Shown one piece after another: positions 51,990 through 62,118 of a stretch of DNA of 64,000 nt; position 1 is the first letter of the stretch, and every line of letters starts with the position of its first letter. The notes beneath the pieces are model-generated. The model made no database searches. It was not told the origin of the DNA and saw only the letters and a program-made list of their open reading frames with translations. The stretch comes from Bilabrum cf. latius (Eukaryota): positions 186,001 to 250,000 of the forward strand of contig OZ237775.1 of NCBI GenBank assembly GCA_965178125.1, in the 5' to 3' direction. A program made the position numbers and the translations under genes.

Positions 51990-53690
51990 ATGCAACCTGG
52001 ATCATCTTCAGGAGCTGTGCGTATCCCTGTGACGAAGTCTCCGCTCCACAGGCTTAGTGTTGCTGCCCTCAGGACGAGGATCCGCAGCAGGGACCCGCCC
52101 CCGCCTGGAGCAAGGGTGAATCAATTGAAGTGGCTAGCGACCGCATACCAGTCGAGGTTTGTCGATGAAAACAGGGTCAACATCGATGGATCTGACTTCT
52201 TCGTGTCGAGCGAGGATCTGCGGCACATGGCAGCCGCCCTCGGCACCCGCACGGCCGGCTCCAAACACGACGTGATGGAGAGCATCCAGCAAGGAGTGGC
52301 AGATGGATTGCCGGCTGCACCCCGGCCCAATGCGCGCAGGCCGGGACATGCCATGACCAAGTCTGCGATCTGGGGCATGAATCAGACCGAGCTGCGAGCT
52401 GGGCTGCACGCCAAAGTGCCCGGGCTGAATGCTAGGACTACGCAGGTGGCTGTGAAGTGGCTGTACGTGGGCTGCAAGTGCGAGCTTGTGAACGAGAACA
52501 CCGTGAGGTACGGCCGTGAAGAGTATGAGATGAAAGGGGATGACTGGAAGGCGATGGCGAAGGCCTGGCAGGTATCACCGCATGGTACCAAGTTCAAAGT
52601 AATGGAGCAGATCATGGCTGCAATCGAGAAGATGAGGAACCCCACATCACCTCCGGCTCCAGTCCCAGGTCGTCGTCCAGCCCCAGTGCTTCCGCCAGCC
52701 TCAGTGCTTCCCCGGGTACCACGCGACGTGCCAGCACCTAGTCCCGGCCCCAGTCCTGCACCTTCGCACGCGGCCCCTGCTTCTCCCCTCACCCCGCCAA
52801 TCGATGCATCCCCGATCTGGGCCTGGCGCGCCCCCGAGATTAGGGACCGGCTTCGGGGCAAGACCAGGATCGGGCTGACTGGACTCAACAAGCAGGCCCT
52901 GCTCTGGTTGGCGGTTTGCGTGCTGGGAGGGCCAATTACAGAGGAGTACACCGTTGATGTGAGCGGCCAGACGTACAAGCTCAAAGGTGCTGACCTGCGG
53001 GAGATGGCAGTGGTCATGCGTGTGCCCTGCCCATCGAGGGGCAACAAGGCCGATCTAGCGGGTAGGATCAACGCCATGGTCCAGCTCGATCGCCAGACAG
53101 GGCTACCTGCACCCAGCGGTCCAGTGCCAGCACCATCCCAGCCGATGCACCGATCGAGTGCCCCGGACACAGGCGCGGCACTTGTCCACGCCAGCTCTGG
53201 ACTAGCCGGGCCTGTAGAACCAAGCCCACCACCGCCAGCAGCCTCAGCTTCACTTCATATATCTGCATCCCCTGAGTGGAAGCTGACGAGGAACCAGCTC
53301 CAGGCCAGGGTCTTCCGCTGCGTGCCAGCCTGGACTGCAGGGGAGCTGACCAGGCGGTCGCCGGAAAGTATGCGCTGGCGGTCCATCGGCTTCATCTGCA
53401 CTTTCACTGCGACGGACCCCACCGCGATCGTACTGGACGGGGCTCGGTATGCCATGACGGCCGCGGACTGGTCGTCGATGGCGGGGGCCTTCAAGGTGCA
53501 AGAGGACGGAGGCAGCCTTGCGGTGATGGAGAGGGTGCGGGACCGCGTAGATATATTGAAGAGAATGGGCCAGTCGCTCCCAGACGTGCACGCCCAGGCG
53601 CCTGTCGCGGCCTCTGCTGCCGGAGGTGGAGCTCCGCCCGTCCTTCCCCCTGGCCCTGTGCAGGCCCCCGGGCCAGTGGTTTCCATGTGA
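51990..53690 (+). CDS. Uncharacterised protein with four SAP/HeH-like repeat modules, paralog A
   Basis: Open frame without TAG. The module recurs four times (e.g. 'LKGADLREMAVVMRVPCPSRGNKADLAGRI'), with Pro-rich linkers before modules 3 and 4. Ends TGA. The ATG lies just after an acceptor-like TTCGCAG. Confidence 0.7.
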   Translation: MQPGSSSGAVRIPVTKSPLHRLSVAALRTRIRSRDPPPPGARVNQLKWLATAYQSRFVDENRVNIDGSDFFVSSEDLRHMAAALGTRTAGSKHDVMESIQQGVADGLPAAPRPNARRPGHAMTKSAIWGMNQTELRAGLHAKVPGLNARTTQVAVKWLYVGCKCELVNENTVRYGREEYEMKGDDWKAMAKAWQVSPHGTKFKVMEQIMAAIEKMRNPTSPPAPVPGRRPAPVLPPASVLPRVPRDVPAPSPGPSPAPSHAAPASPLTPPIDASPIWAWRAPEIRDRLRGKTRIGLTGLNKQALLWLAVCVLGGPITEEYTVDVSGQTYKLKGADLREMAVVMRVPCPSRGNKADLAGRINAMVQLDRQTGLPAPSGPVPAPSQPMHRSSAPDTGAALVHASSGLAGPVEPSPPPPAASASLHISASPEWKLTRNQLQARVFRCVPAWTAGELTRRSPESMRWRSIGFICTFTATDPTAIVLDGARYAMTAADWSSMAGAFKVQEDGGSLAVMERVRDRVDILKRMGQSLPDVHAQAPVAASAAGGGAPPVLPPGPVQAPGPVVSM

Positions 53691-54353
53691 ACATGATGCA
53701 GATCTACCGATGGGATCATGATGCAGATCCAGTCGAGGGCGAGCGGTGGTGGTGGGTTTCGGCTCGACGGGATGGCAGGGCAGAGCAGGCTCACAATAAT
53801 GCATTGGGCCACCGAGATGCTATAAAAGTGGAGGAAGGATGGCAAGAGCGCCTAGGATATCCGACTTCCCACTGCTTTTGTGTCTCGCTCCCTCCGAGGC
53901 GGTGACGACAATCGAGCAGCGCGTGGGGTAAACTGCATTCGAATGACGTGTCTATCCAAGACGTACTAGTTTTAAAGTCAGACTCTGCCTTATTAGTCCA
54001 GTTTTCGAAGGTCTTGTCCCCGGGCGACTGGTTCAACTGTGCTTTAGTAACGTGTGTATTGGGACTTCACCCGAAACCAGTATTGCAATAGCCAGTCGCC
54101 AATTCCGATTCGCAACGTGTGAGCTGTAAAAGTTGGTCAATTGATAAACTATGCTTGTGACTACTATGATATAATCCAGTTTGTTCCTAGCTGCACCCTC
54201 GAGTCTCCACCCAGTACGCGTATCCACTTTTGACATCTGCCTCGGTTTACCGTTCACCACATTCTCAAATGATTATGGCCGACATTCGGCTACTGTCAGC
54301 AAATTTTACAGTATAATTCCTTGTTATCTTACTCCCCTCAAACATGCAGGAAG

Positions 54354-56021
54354 ATGGCATCTTCAGGTGCTGCGCGTATCCCTGTCACAAAGTCTCCAAT
54401 CCACGGGCTTAGTGTTGCTGCCCTCAGGACGAAGATCCGCAGCAGGGACCCGCCCCCGCCTGGAGCAAGGGTGAATCAATTGAAGTGGCTAGCGACCGCA
54501 TACCAGTCGAGGTTTGTCGATGAATATAGGGTCATCATCGATGGATCTGACTTCTTCGTGTCGAGCGAGGATCTGCGGCACATGGCAGCCGCCCTCGGCA
54601 CCCGCACGGCCGGCTCCAAACACGACGTGATGGAGGGCATCCAGCAAGGAGTGGCAGATGGATTGCCGGCTGCACCCCGGCCCGACGCGCGCAGGCCGGG
54701 ACATGCCATGACCAAGTCTGCGATCTGGGGCATGAATCAGACCGAGCTGCGAGCTGGGCTGCATGCCAAAGTGCCCGGGCTGAATGCTAGGACTACGCAG
54801 GTGGCTGTGAAGTGGCTGTACGTGGGCTGCAAGTGCGAGCTTGTGGACGAGAACACCGTGAGGTACGGCCGTGACGAGTACGAGATGAGCTTGAGCGACT
54901 GGAAGGCGATGGCGAAGGCCTGGCAGGTAAAAGATTATGGTACCAAGTTCAAAGTAATGGTGCGGATCCGGGCTGCAATCGAGGAGATGAGGAGCCCGAC
55001 ATCACCTCCGGCTCCAGCCCCAGTGCTTCCCCCCGCCCCAGCCCCAGCCCCAGCCCCAGCCCCAGCCCCAGCCCCAGCCCCAGCCCCAGCCCCAGCCCCA
55101 GCCCCAGCCCCAGCCCCAGCCCCAGCCCCAGCCCCAGCACAACGCAGAGGGTTTACGGGCCCAAGGAAGCAAAAAGCTCTGAAGCCGATCGAACTTCCTA
55201 TCGCAGAGTGCGTATTCTGGACCATGAAAACCCCAGAGCTGAGGGAGATGCTCCGGGGCAAGGCGATCGGCTTATCCAAGGCCAACCTGCAGGCCTTGCG
55301 CTGGATGGCTGTGTGCTACTCTGGGAGTTCCGTGAACGACGACGGTACGGCGATCGTGGGCGGTCACACGTACAAGCTCACTCGCAAGGATCTGACTGAC
55401 ATGGCAACGGCCATAAAAGTTCCGCGCCCTGGCAGTGGAAGCAAGGCGGACATTGTCGGGATGATCCGCGAGAAGCTCAGGCACGATGCACTCAGGGGCG
55501 GGGCAAGGCCTATGGTCGGCGAAGGTACCCAGGCCAAGGGGGGCGCAGCGACCCAATCCAGCCCCGGACATGCCAAGCCCGAGACCCAGTCCAAGCCCGA
55601 GACCCAGACCAAGCTCGAGACCCAGTCCATGCCCAAGACGAAAGGCCGAAGTACTCCTTCCAAGGGCCGCAGCACTCCCCCAAAAATTCCGGAGGTGCCT
55701 CGCATTTCAATGTGTCCCGAGTTGCAGCTTACCAAGACGCAGCTACTTGGACTGGTGTCTCTATGCATGCCAACAAAGATAGTCGAATCGCTGGCCAAGC
55801 AACCTCTCACGGTAATGCGGTGGCGCGCAATTGGCTACGTTGGTGCGCTCAGTAGAGCGGGCATCCGAGTTCGGGGCCGCCGCTACGAGATGGCGGCCTC
55901 AGACTGGCGAAACATGGCGAAAGCATTCGGTGCAGCGGAGCATCCGGTCACAAAGAGCGTGGTTGATGGGGTATTAGATCACGTGGCTCGTATTAAACGG
56001 TTCGGCGAATCAACCTTGTGA
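54354..56021 (+). CDS. Uncharacterised protein with four SAP/HeH-like repeat modules, paralog B
   Basis: The first ~670 bp are near-identical to paralog A; modules 3-4 are diverged ('LTRKDLTDMATAIKVPRPGSGSKADIVGMI'); (PA)n linker; ends TGA. Confidence 0.7.
   Translation: MASSGAARIPVTKSPIHGLSVAALRTKIRSRDPPPPGARVNQLKWLATAYQSRFVDEYRVIIDGSDFFVSSEDLRHMAAALGTRTAGSKHDVMEGIQQGVADGLPAAPRPDARRPGHAMTKSAIWGMNQTELRAGLHAKVPGLNARTTQVAVKWLYVGCKCELVDENTVRYGRDEYEMSLSDWKAMAKAWQVKDYGTKFKVMVRIRAAIEEMRSPTSPPAPAPVLPPAPAPAPAPAPAPAPAPAPAPAPAPAPAPAPAPAPAQRRGFTGPRKQKALKPIELPIAECVFWTMKTPELREMLRGKAIGLSKANLQALRWMAVCYSGSSVNDDGTAIVGGHTYKLTRKDLTDMATAIKVPRPGSGSKADIVGMIREKLRHDALRGGARPMVGEGTQAKGGAATQSSPGHAKPETQSKPETQTKLETQSMPKTKGRSTPSKGRSTPPKIPEVPRISMCPELQLTKTQLLGLVSLCMPTKIVESLAKQPLTVMRWRAIGYVGALSRAGIRVRGRRYEMAASDWRNMAKAFGAAEHPVTKSVVDGVLDHVARIKRFGESTL
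55036..55138 (+). repeat. (GCCCCA)n microsatellite encoding (PA)n, about 17 units
   Basis: Perfect hexamer run inside paralog B. Confidence 0.95.
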
Positions 56022-56183
56022 TGGGCCGCCGTTCAGCTAGCGCCAGTGGGGTGCTCCCGGTGCCAGGCACTGTTGCTCGTGTCTTCATCGAGGAGAATGT
56101 CTTTTTAATACTACCGGATTTGCCTGCTTGTAAACAATTACTTTTAAGAATCATGCACAGCGTAGAGCTTTTGCGGAGACACT

Positions 56184-58730
56184 TCAAAGAGCCATGGCCG
56201 TGGCATTGGATGCGACCTCCACGGCGCCCCTCGCTGCCACGTCCAGCAGAGAGGGCGAGTACACGGCGAAGGAGAAGAGGCCAGCGGACATGGAGCCCAC
56301 TACGATAAGGGTGATGACCCACCCGAAGGCAACCCTGGCCACCATCCACCAGTTGATCCCGTTGCAGGGGTTCTCCACGAGCCCCACCCCGATGGTGGCG
56401 CCCACCTGGCAGTGGGTCGTGCTAAGGGGCAGCTCCAACCGGGACCCGATGATGATGACAAGTGCGGCTCCGAGTTCCACGAGGAACCCCCTGGAGGGGG
56501 TCAAAGGCACGAGCTCCACGCCGATCGCCTGGATGATGCGCCAGCCCAGGGTGGCCAAACCCACAACGATTCCGAATCCTCCGATCAGAAGCACCCAGGC
56601 GTCCACGGGCGAGCTGGAGGCCACGATCCCCGTCGAGTAGATGGCCACGATGGCGGCGAAAGGTCCCATGGCGTTGGCGCTGTCGTTGGCTCCGTGTGCG
56701 AACGAGTCAAAGGCAGCAGTGAACACCTGCAGGTACACGAAGGTCTGCTCGGTCTTCTTGTCGAACCGCTCGAGGTTCTTGTGCATCTGGGCCACTGTTC
56801 CCTCGGGGTCGTCCTTGAGGCTGCTGTGCACGTCGGCGGAGACACCCTGCGTCAGGACGGTCATAGCCGTGCTGGATGCATTTCGCTCCTGGTCCTGCTG
56901 CTCGCCGGCTGGCCCGACCTTGCTCGTGGTGGTGGCGCCCGTTGGCTTCACGTCGCTTGCCCCGGCTGCGTTCATATCATAGTCATTCGTGGGTGCGCTG
57001 GCCTTGGACTCTGATCCCGGGGCGGGGGCCTCTGTGTCAGCCACCTTGCCGGCGTTGATCTTGCCCCCAGAGGTGGGCAGCACTGCAGTGCTGCGGTTGC
57101 TCACCGCCCCCAGCTCAATGTCGCCCTCTTCTTCACCATCAATGGGCACGCTGCAGGGGCTGCCAGGTGCCTCCATGTCCATGCCCTCCTTGTGTTCCTC
57201 AGAGACCGGACCGTCATCGAGCTCTGCGGACCCTCCGCCGCACCCGCACCAGACGGGCAGTACCTTGGTTCCATCGAGGATGTTCTGCTTCAGCCAGGGA
57301 ACAATGGTGAACTGCAGGGCTACACCCACTACGAGTCCCGATCCGATGGAGCTGACGATGCCGATCCACAGGGGCGTGTCATCCAGCTCGAGCGCGGGCG
57401 TGCCCTTGTACACGATGAAGAAGACGTTGATGGCGACAGTGATGGCGATGATGATGGGCATGAAGGTGAAGGCGCGCTCAAAGGAAAACGCAGACCGCAG
57501 AATGGTGTACCTCAGGGTCCAGTAGGCCCCCGCGGCGAGCACGCCCGAGAGAATGGGAGACAGGAACCAGCTGGCCACCACCATGCCCACCTTTTGCCAG
57601 TTCACGGCGTCCGAGCCACCCGCTGCCAGCGCCATGCCGATGACACCGCCGATGGTAGAGTGCGTGGTTGATACAGGCATCTTGAAGTATGTCGCAATCA
57701 TGAGCCAGACGCCCACGGCGAACAGGACAGAAAACATGCCAATCATGAGGACATCCGGGCGGTCGACGAAGGCGTCCGTGTCGACGATTCCCTTGCGGAT
57801 GGTCTTAGTCACATGAGCTCCTGCGAGCACAATTAAATGACGCAAATATATCGTATCTGTTATGTGCCCGGTGCACTCTTAGCTTATTGTGCAGCAGGGC
57901 CTGGCGCCCCCAAAGACTGCCCAAGCTTCTCCTCGTGCAAAACAATACGCTACGCAATCCACATCATTCCAAGAGACAAATAGAGCATGACTTTGTACAA
58001 ATCGCACCACGATGTGTCCTTTAGCTGGCAGCAAGTGCTGTGAGCCACAGCTTGGGCCGCGCACTGCACCAGCGAGCACTTGCTTCGTCCCACAACCATG
58101 TGCAAACGCAGGCGCAAAATGCAAAGCAGAACAATAAGACCACTGCATATTGCTTCAATATTATCCCACAGAGCAGCGCAAAAACGAACCTTTTGGTCGG
58201 AGGAAGCCCGAGATTCGATGATGCGCTGCCGCACCTTGGGGAGCATCGCCACGAGCAGCTTGCAGTCGGCGGCTCAGTGCCGACTGGACTCACCCATGAG
58301 AAAGGCACCGGCGAACTCAAAAATGCCGGCGATAATCACGGCCTAAAGAAGAGTGACCGACTTAGCTCCGACAGAGCTGCCAAAGCTGTTGGCGGCATCG
58401 TTTGCGCCTGCGAGGGGAAGGCTCGGGGGTGAGGCGAGGACAGCGCGGGTCACAGTCATCGAGCATTCTGGCATGCCGCTGGTCACATTGGCGATTTTCC
58501 AGGGCAATTCAAGCGTACATTCCGATGCAATGGGTACACTTAATAGTAAATGGTTGTGCACGGTAACCTGCGTGCGCCGTCTCCTTGCTTTCGTGTCAAG
58601 ATGCGGTCAATGTGACCTGATGGCAGCATGCACGCCTCTCACCGATGCCGAATGCTGCGAAGAAAGCAAGAAGTCCGCCGATTCCAACAATCCATTCTAA
58701 TGAAGTTGGGTCTGCGCTCAGGACGTCCAT
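56184..58730 (-). CDS. PiT/SLC20 (PHO4-family) sodium-phosphate symporter, 612 aa
   Basis: Exons 58730-58643, 58407-58294 and 57820-56184 (1,839 nt, in frame). Signatures 'GIGANDAANSFGSSVG', 'MPVSTTHSTIGG', 'FAHGANDSANAMGP', 'LPLSTTHCQVG'. One in-frame TAG at 58343-58345. Ends TGA. Confidence 0.95.
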
Positions 58731-59251
58731 GCTGTCTGTCTCTTTGCCTTCCCTGCTGTGTGAAGTGATTCGACACGCGCCCAGCATGGCATCCGGATTC
58801 CACCTGCTTACTTCCGGTATTCTTGCACGAGGTTGTACGAAGATGCGCCCGGTTCCCTGGCCATTCTGATACGTTGAACGCAGACAACGGGGTCCTATTT
58901 GGATAATATAGACGTACCCTGTGTGATATGGTTGCGAAGTATGTCTTCAACCTTGTGCTGCGGCCCATCAGCCGCCCGCAACGTGAACTGCAACTGCAAC
59001 ACAACACAAGCCACTATCGGACTGTGTGTTGAATTATCACGCGAACCACCAGAAAAAGCATCCAATCTGTAGATGTAAACTCTTTGAAATGCTCAGTGGT
59101 TTGCTTGTAAATGTGTGCAGCGACTTCTTTCAGCCTTTCCCTAGACCTCACTTCTCCCCACGGCACACCCAAGCGTTCATGGTCACTGATATGATAGATG
59201 CTACTAGAATAACTCGCATGCATGTTCTTGCTTGCAATCGCACTCAGGCTA

Positions 59252-60527
59252 TCAGCCGAGCTCGTCCTCGGCCGTGGCGGTAGCATCCTCGGTCCCCGCC
59301 TCGATCTCCCCATCCGCCGCCCCGCTGAGGCCCTTTCGCACCAGGAGCAGCAGCCTGGTCCTCCAAGGGCTCAGCTTGGAGATCCGATCGTACTCGGCTA
59401 GCGCATCCACGAACCCCTGCGCGTTGCCCTTCTCCACCGCCTCCACCAGGTCGGCAAAGAGCCTGCCCTCTCGGCTCTCGGCGAACGTGTAGTCCAGGTC
59501 TCCGAATCGATCTAGGGCCTGCTTGGCAGCCACCACGTCGTTAAGAGCCAAGTAGCATATCCCCGCATCAAGGAGGTGTTCCTTGGCCTGGAACTTGAGA
59601 AGGGAGTTGTCCGCCCTCGCTGCTGCCACTGCCTCGTATGCCTCTGCCGACTCCTGGTACCTGCCGGCATTCGCGCCCAACTCTGCCCACTTGAGCTTGC
59701 ACTGGTTGGCGCTGCTCTCCGACCTGTCCCCCTCAAAGTACCCCATCGCCTTCTCGAAGTGGGACATGGCCTCCTCCCAGTTCTCCTCCTTCTCCAGTGC
59801 CTGCGCGAGCTGCTGGTGCATCTGGGCGGCCTGACGGAACTTGCCGTTGGACACCAATCGGGGGATGCACTGTGTCTCCAACACGGCCCCCGCCTTCTTG
59901 GGGTCCACGAACTTGAACATGTCCGCGGCGTTCTTGTACATGGCGCCAGCCGAGACGTCGTCCGAGAGGTTCAGGTACATCTGCGCCGCCTGGGAGTAGG
60001 CCTCACCCGCCTTGCCGTAGGCGCGCGCAGCTTTATACTGGTGCCCTGCCTGCGTGTAGGAATCGCTGGCTTCCGTGTACTTTTCCCTGCGGTGCCAGCA
60101 GCAGAGGCGAACAAGTTCCACAAGCAAATGCCACAGCTTCGAAGCATGCGCAACTACAGCGCATCGCGTGCATACGCAAACTAATTGAGAAAAATTTATA
60201 GTCTTACACAGAGCTAAACATAACGAATCGGTCTCTTGCAGAATTCCCCTGCGCTTGGATAGATGGACGGATTCGCAGCACGGCATAGAGCAGCGACGAT
60301 GCTAAACACGCAACGCGGTGATCAGCAAGGTTCTTATCATATTATACATGCCGGTACTGGTTCGTAACTTCGCGGGACTTCCAAGCGCGCATCCAGCAGA
60401 TAGCAAGCATGGTCGAACGGTCCTGAGACCCTCCAACACTTTCCCTCACTTCTTGCATCAGAGAGTCCCCCTTTGCCTCGAGCGGACTCCCTGTTCCACC
60501 TGATGGTGCACCTTTCACTCCAGCCAT
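59252..60527 (-). CDS. NAPA: Alpha-soluble NSF attachment protein (alpha-SNAP/Sec17), 317 aa
   Basis: Exons 60527-60450, 60248-60208 and 60086-59252 (954 nt, in frame); 'GKFRQAAQMHQQLA', 'SSANQCKLK', 'NSLLKFQAKEHLLDAGICYL', 'FAESREGRL', 'YDRISKLSPWRTRLLL'; ends TGA. Confidence 0.95.
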
Positions 60528-60637
60528 ATCAACGTGGTATGAGAAAATGGGCCGGAACCCTGCTGCAACTTGCTTTGGAATTCAATGCAGTGCACTTTTG
60601 AGAAAAATCTGTAATAATCGTGGACCCCGCAAACCCA

Positions 60638-61979
60638 TCACCGCCCAGCGCCTGCAGCAGCCCCCCCTTTGCTGGCAGCCTTCGCGTCTCTATCCTGGGC
60701 CTATCTTCTGTTCTTGTGCCTGTCGCTCGTCATCTTGAGCGCGGTGCTGCCGGCGGCCTCCTGCAGCCCTTGCAGCGATTTCGCCGCCCCGTACCGCAGC
60801 GCGTGAAACTGCTCCACCGACATGCTGAACGTGTGCAGCGCGCCCTCGGCGGTTGCAACTTCGGCGATCACCCTCGGCTTCATCACGCGGGAGGTGGCGC
60901 TGCTGGCGATGTCCACGTCAAGCCTCCAGCGGAACCGGGCCAGCGTGTCGAGCGTGGACGCGGCGCCGCTTGGCCCGGCCAGTGCCCTCTCCAGCGCTTT
61001 TCGTCGCTTGTTGCAGGCCGATGCCACAGCGGCAGCATAGGCCTTCGGGAACCTGCTCGCTTCCAAGTCGGACTGCACCTTCGAGTACTGCGTGTGACGA
61101 GTGCGCGGCGCGGCCGATGAAGGGACGGGGTGAGCATGAGGGGGCGAGCACGTGTGAGTGAGGGGGCGAGCACGTGTGAGTGAGGGGGCGAGCACGTGTG
61201 AGTGAGGGGGCACGGCAAGCGAGCAATCGGCAATAGCAGAGGATTACCAGTGCATGCCAACATGAAAATCTCCCATGCAAGTCCTAAGCGATTTGATTGA
61301 ATGCCCCTGCTTGCTTGTGCGCGCGGCAACTTGAAGGCCATTCTTTCTTTCTGTCCTCACCAGAGTGTGATCCCGAGTGGCCCTGCGGATGAGCTCGGCT
61401 GTCGCTGCCAGTGCGATCGCTCGCACCCCGCTGGACGAGCGGGTGTCTGGCGCGACCATATCTGATGACTCTGAAGCGGCTGTGGTGGCGCGAGCCAGCT
61501 CGCCCGCCGGGGCACTTGCTCCGACACTCGGTGCTCCGCTCGATCCATCGCCAGCGCCAGAGGCAGCTGCACTACTGCCGCCGCCAGTGCCAGAGAGCGA
61601 CGGCTCAACAAGACCGTCCTCCAAATGAACGTCTTGCGGAAGAGCAACAGCATCCAGAGGTACTCCCGCTTCCAGTGTGTCGCACGTCTCTTTCACGATA
61701 TCCGCTGCTGTCGAGCCGGCCTTGATCGCACGGAAGATTGCACCTGGTGCAGCGGATACTAAAGCAGAAGCAGGAGCAAAGAATGACTCTGCCGCTGCAG
61801 TTTTGGCCAACTTGGGCACTCCTGATTTTTCCTTCCCTTTCTTTCCCTGCGAAAGTAGATCGGAGTGGCACTTGCAGCAATGGAGGGTCCGGTATCAATA
61901 TGCGAAACAATGGCTCACTTTACCACCTTTGCAAACGCCTGTCGGATGAAGTGCACATAAAACTTACTTTGGCTGCCAT
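60638..61979 (-). CDS. COMMD5: COMM-domain protein, most like COMMD5 (Commander complex)
   Basis: Inferred exons 61979-61968, 61846-61361 and 61087-60638 (948 nt). COMM domain 'FRWRLDVDIASSATSRVMKP...EGALHTFSMSVEQFHALRYGAAK'. TAG 60701 then TGA 60638. Confidence 0.75.
61137..61211. repeat. 22-bp intronic tandem repeat, about 3.4 copies
   Basis: TGAGGGGGCGAGCACGTGTGAG x3 plus a partial copy, inside COMMD5 intron 2. Confidence 0.9.
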
Positions 61980-62118
61980 CGTATTTCTCTTTGTGCCGTA
62001 CAGAGCTGTAAACTGGGCAAAATCTAAAAAAATGCTTCATTGAACAGTTGTAGCGTGCAATTCGGTCGTCGTGGTGTGCGTATCTATTTGATACACTCGT
62101 GCCAAGAGCACATTGAAG
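61980..62118. promoter_or_regulatory. Putative bidirectional promoter between COMMD5 and GANAB (139 bp)
   Basis: Geometry only: divergent ATGs at 61979 (-) and 62119 (+); AT-richer spacer. Confidence 0.5.

Noticed and set aside
58343-58345. Pyrrolysine, UAG=Leu, or A-to-I editing to Trp
   Set aside because: The conserved column is Gln, and TAGs are scattered through non-catalytic polar regions. U-to-C editing cannot be formally excluded without RNA data but is unlikely at this scale.
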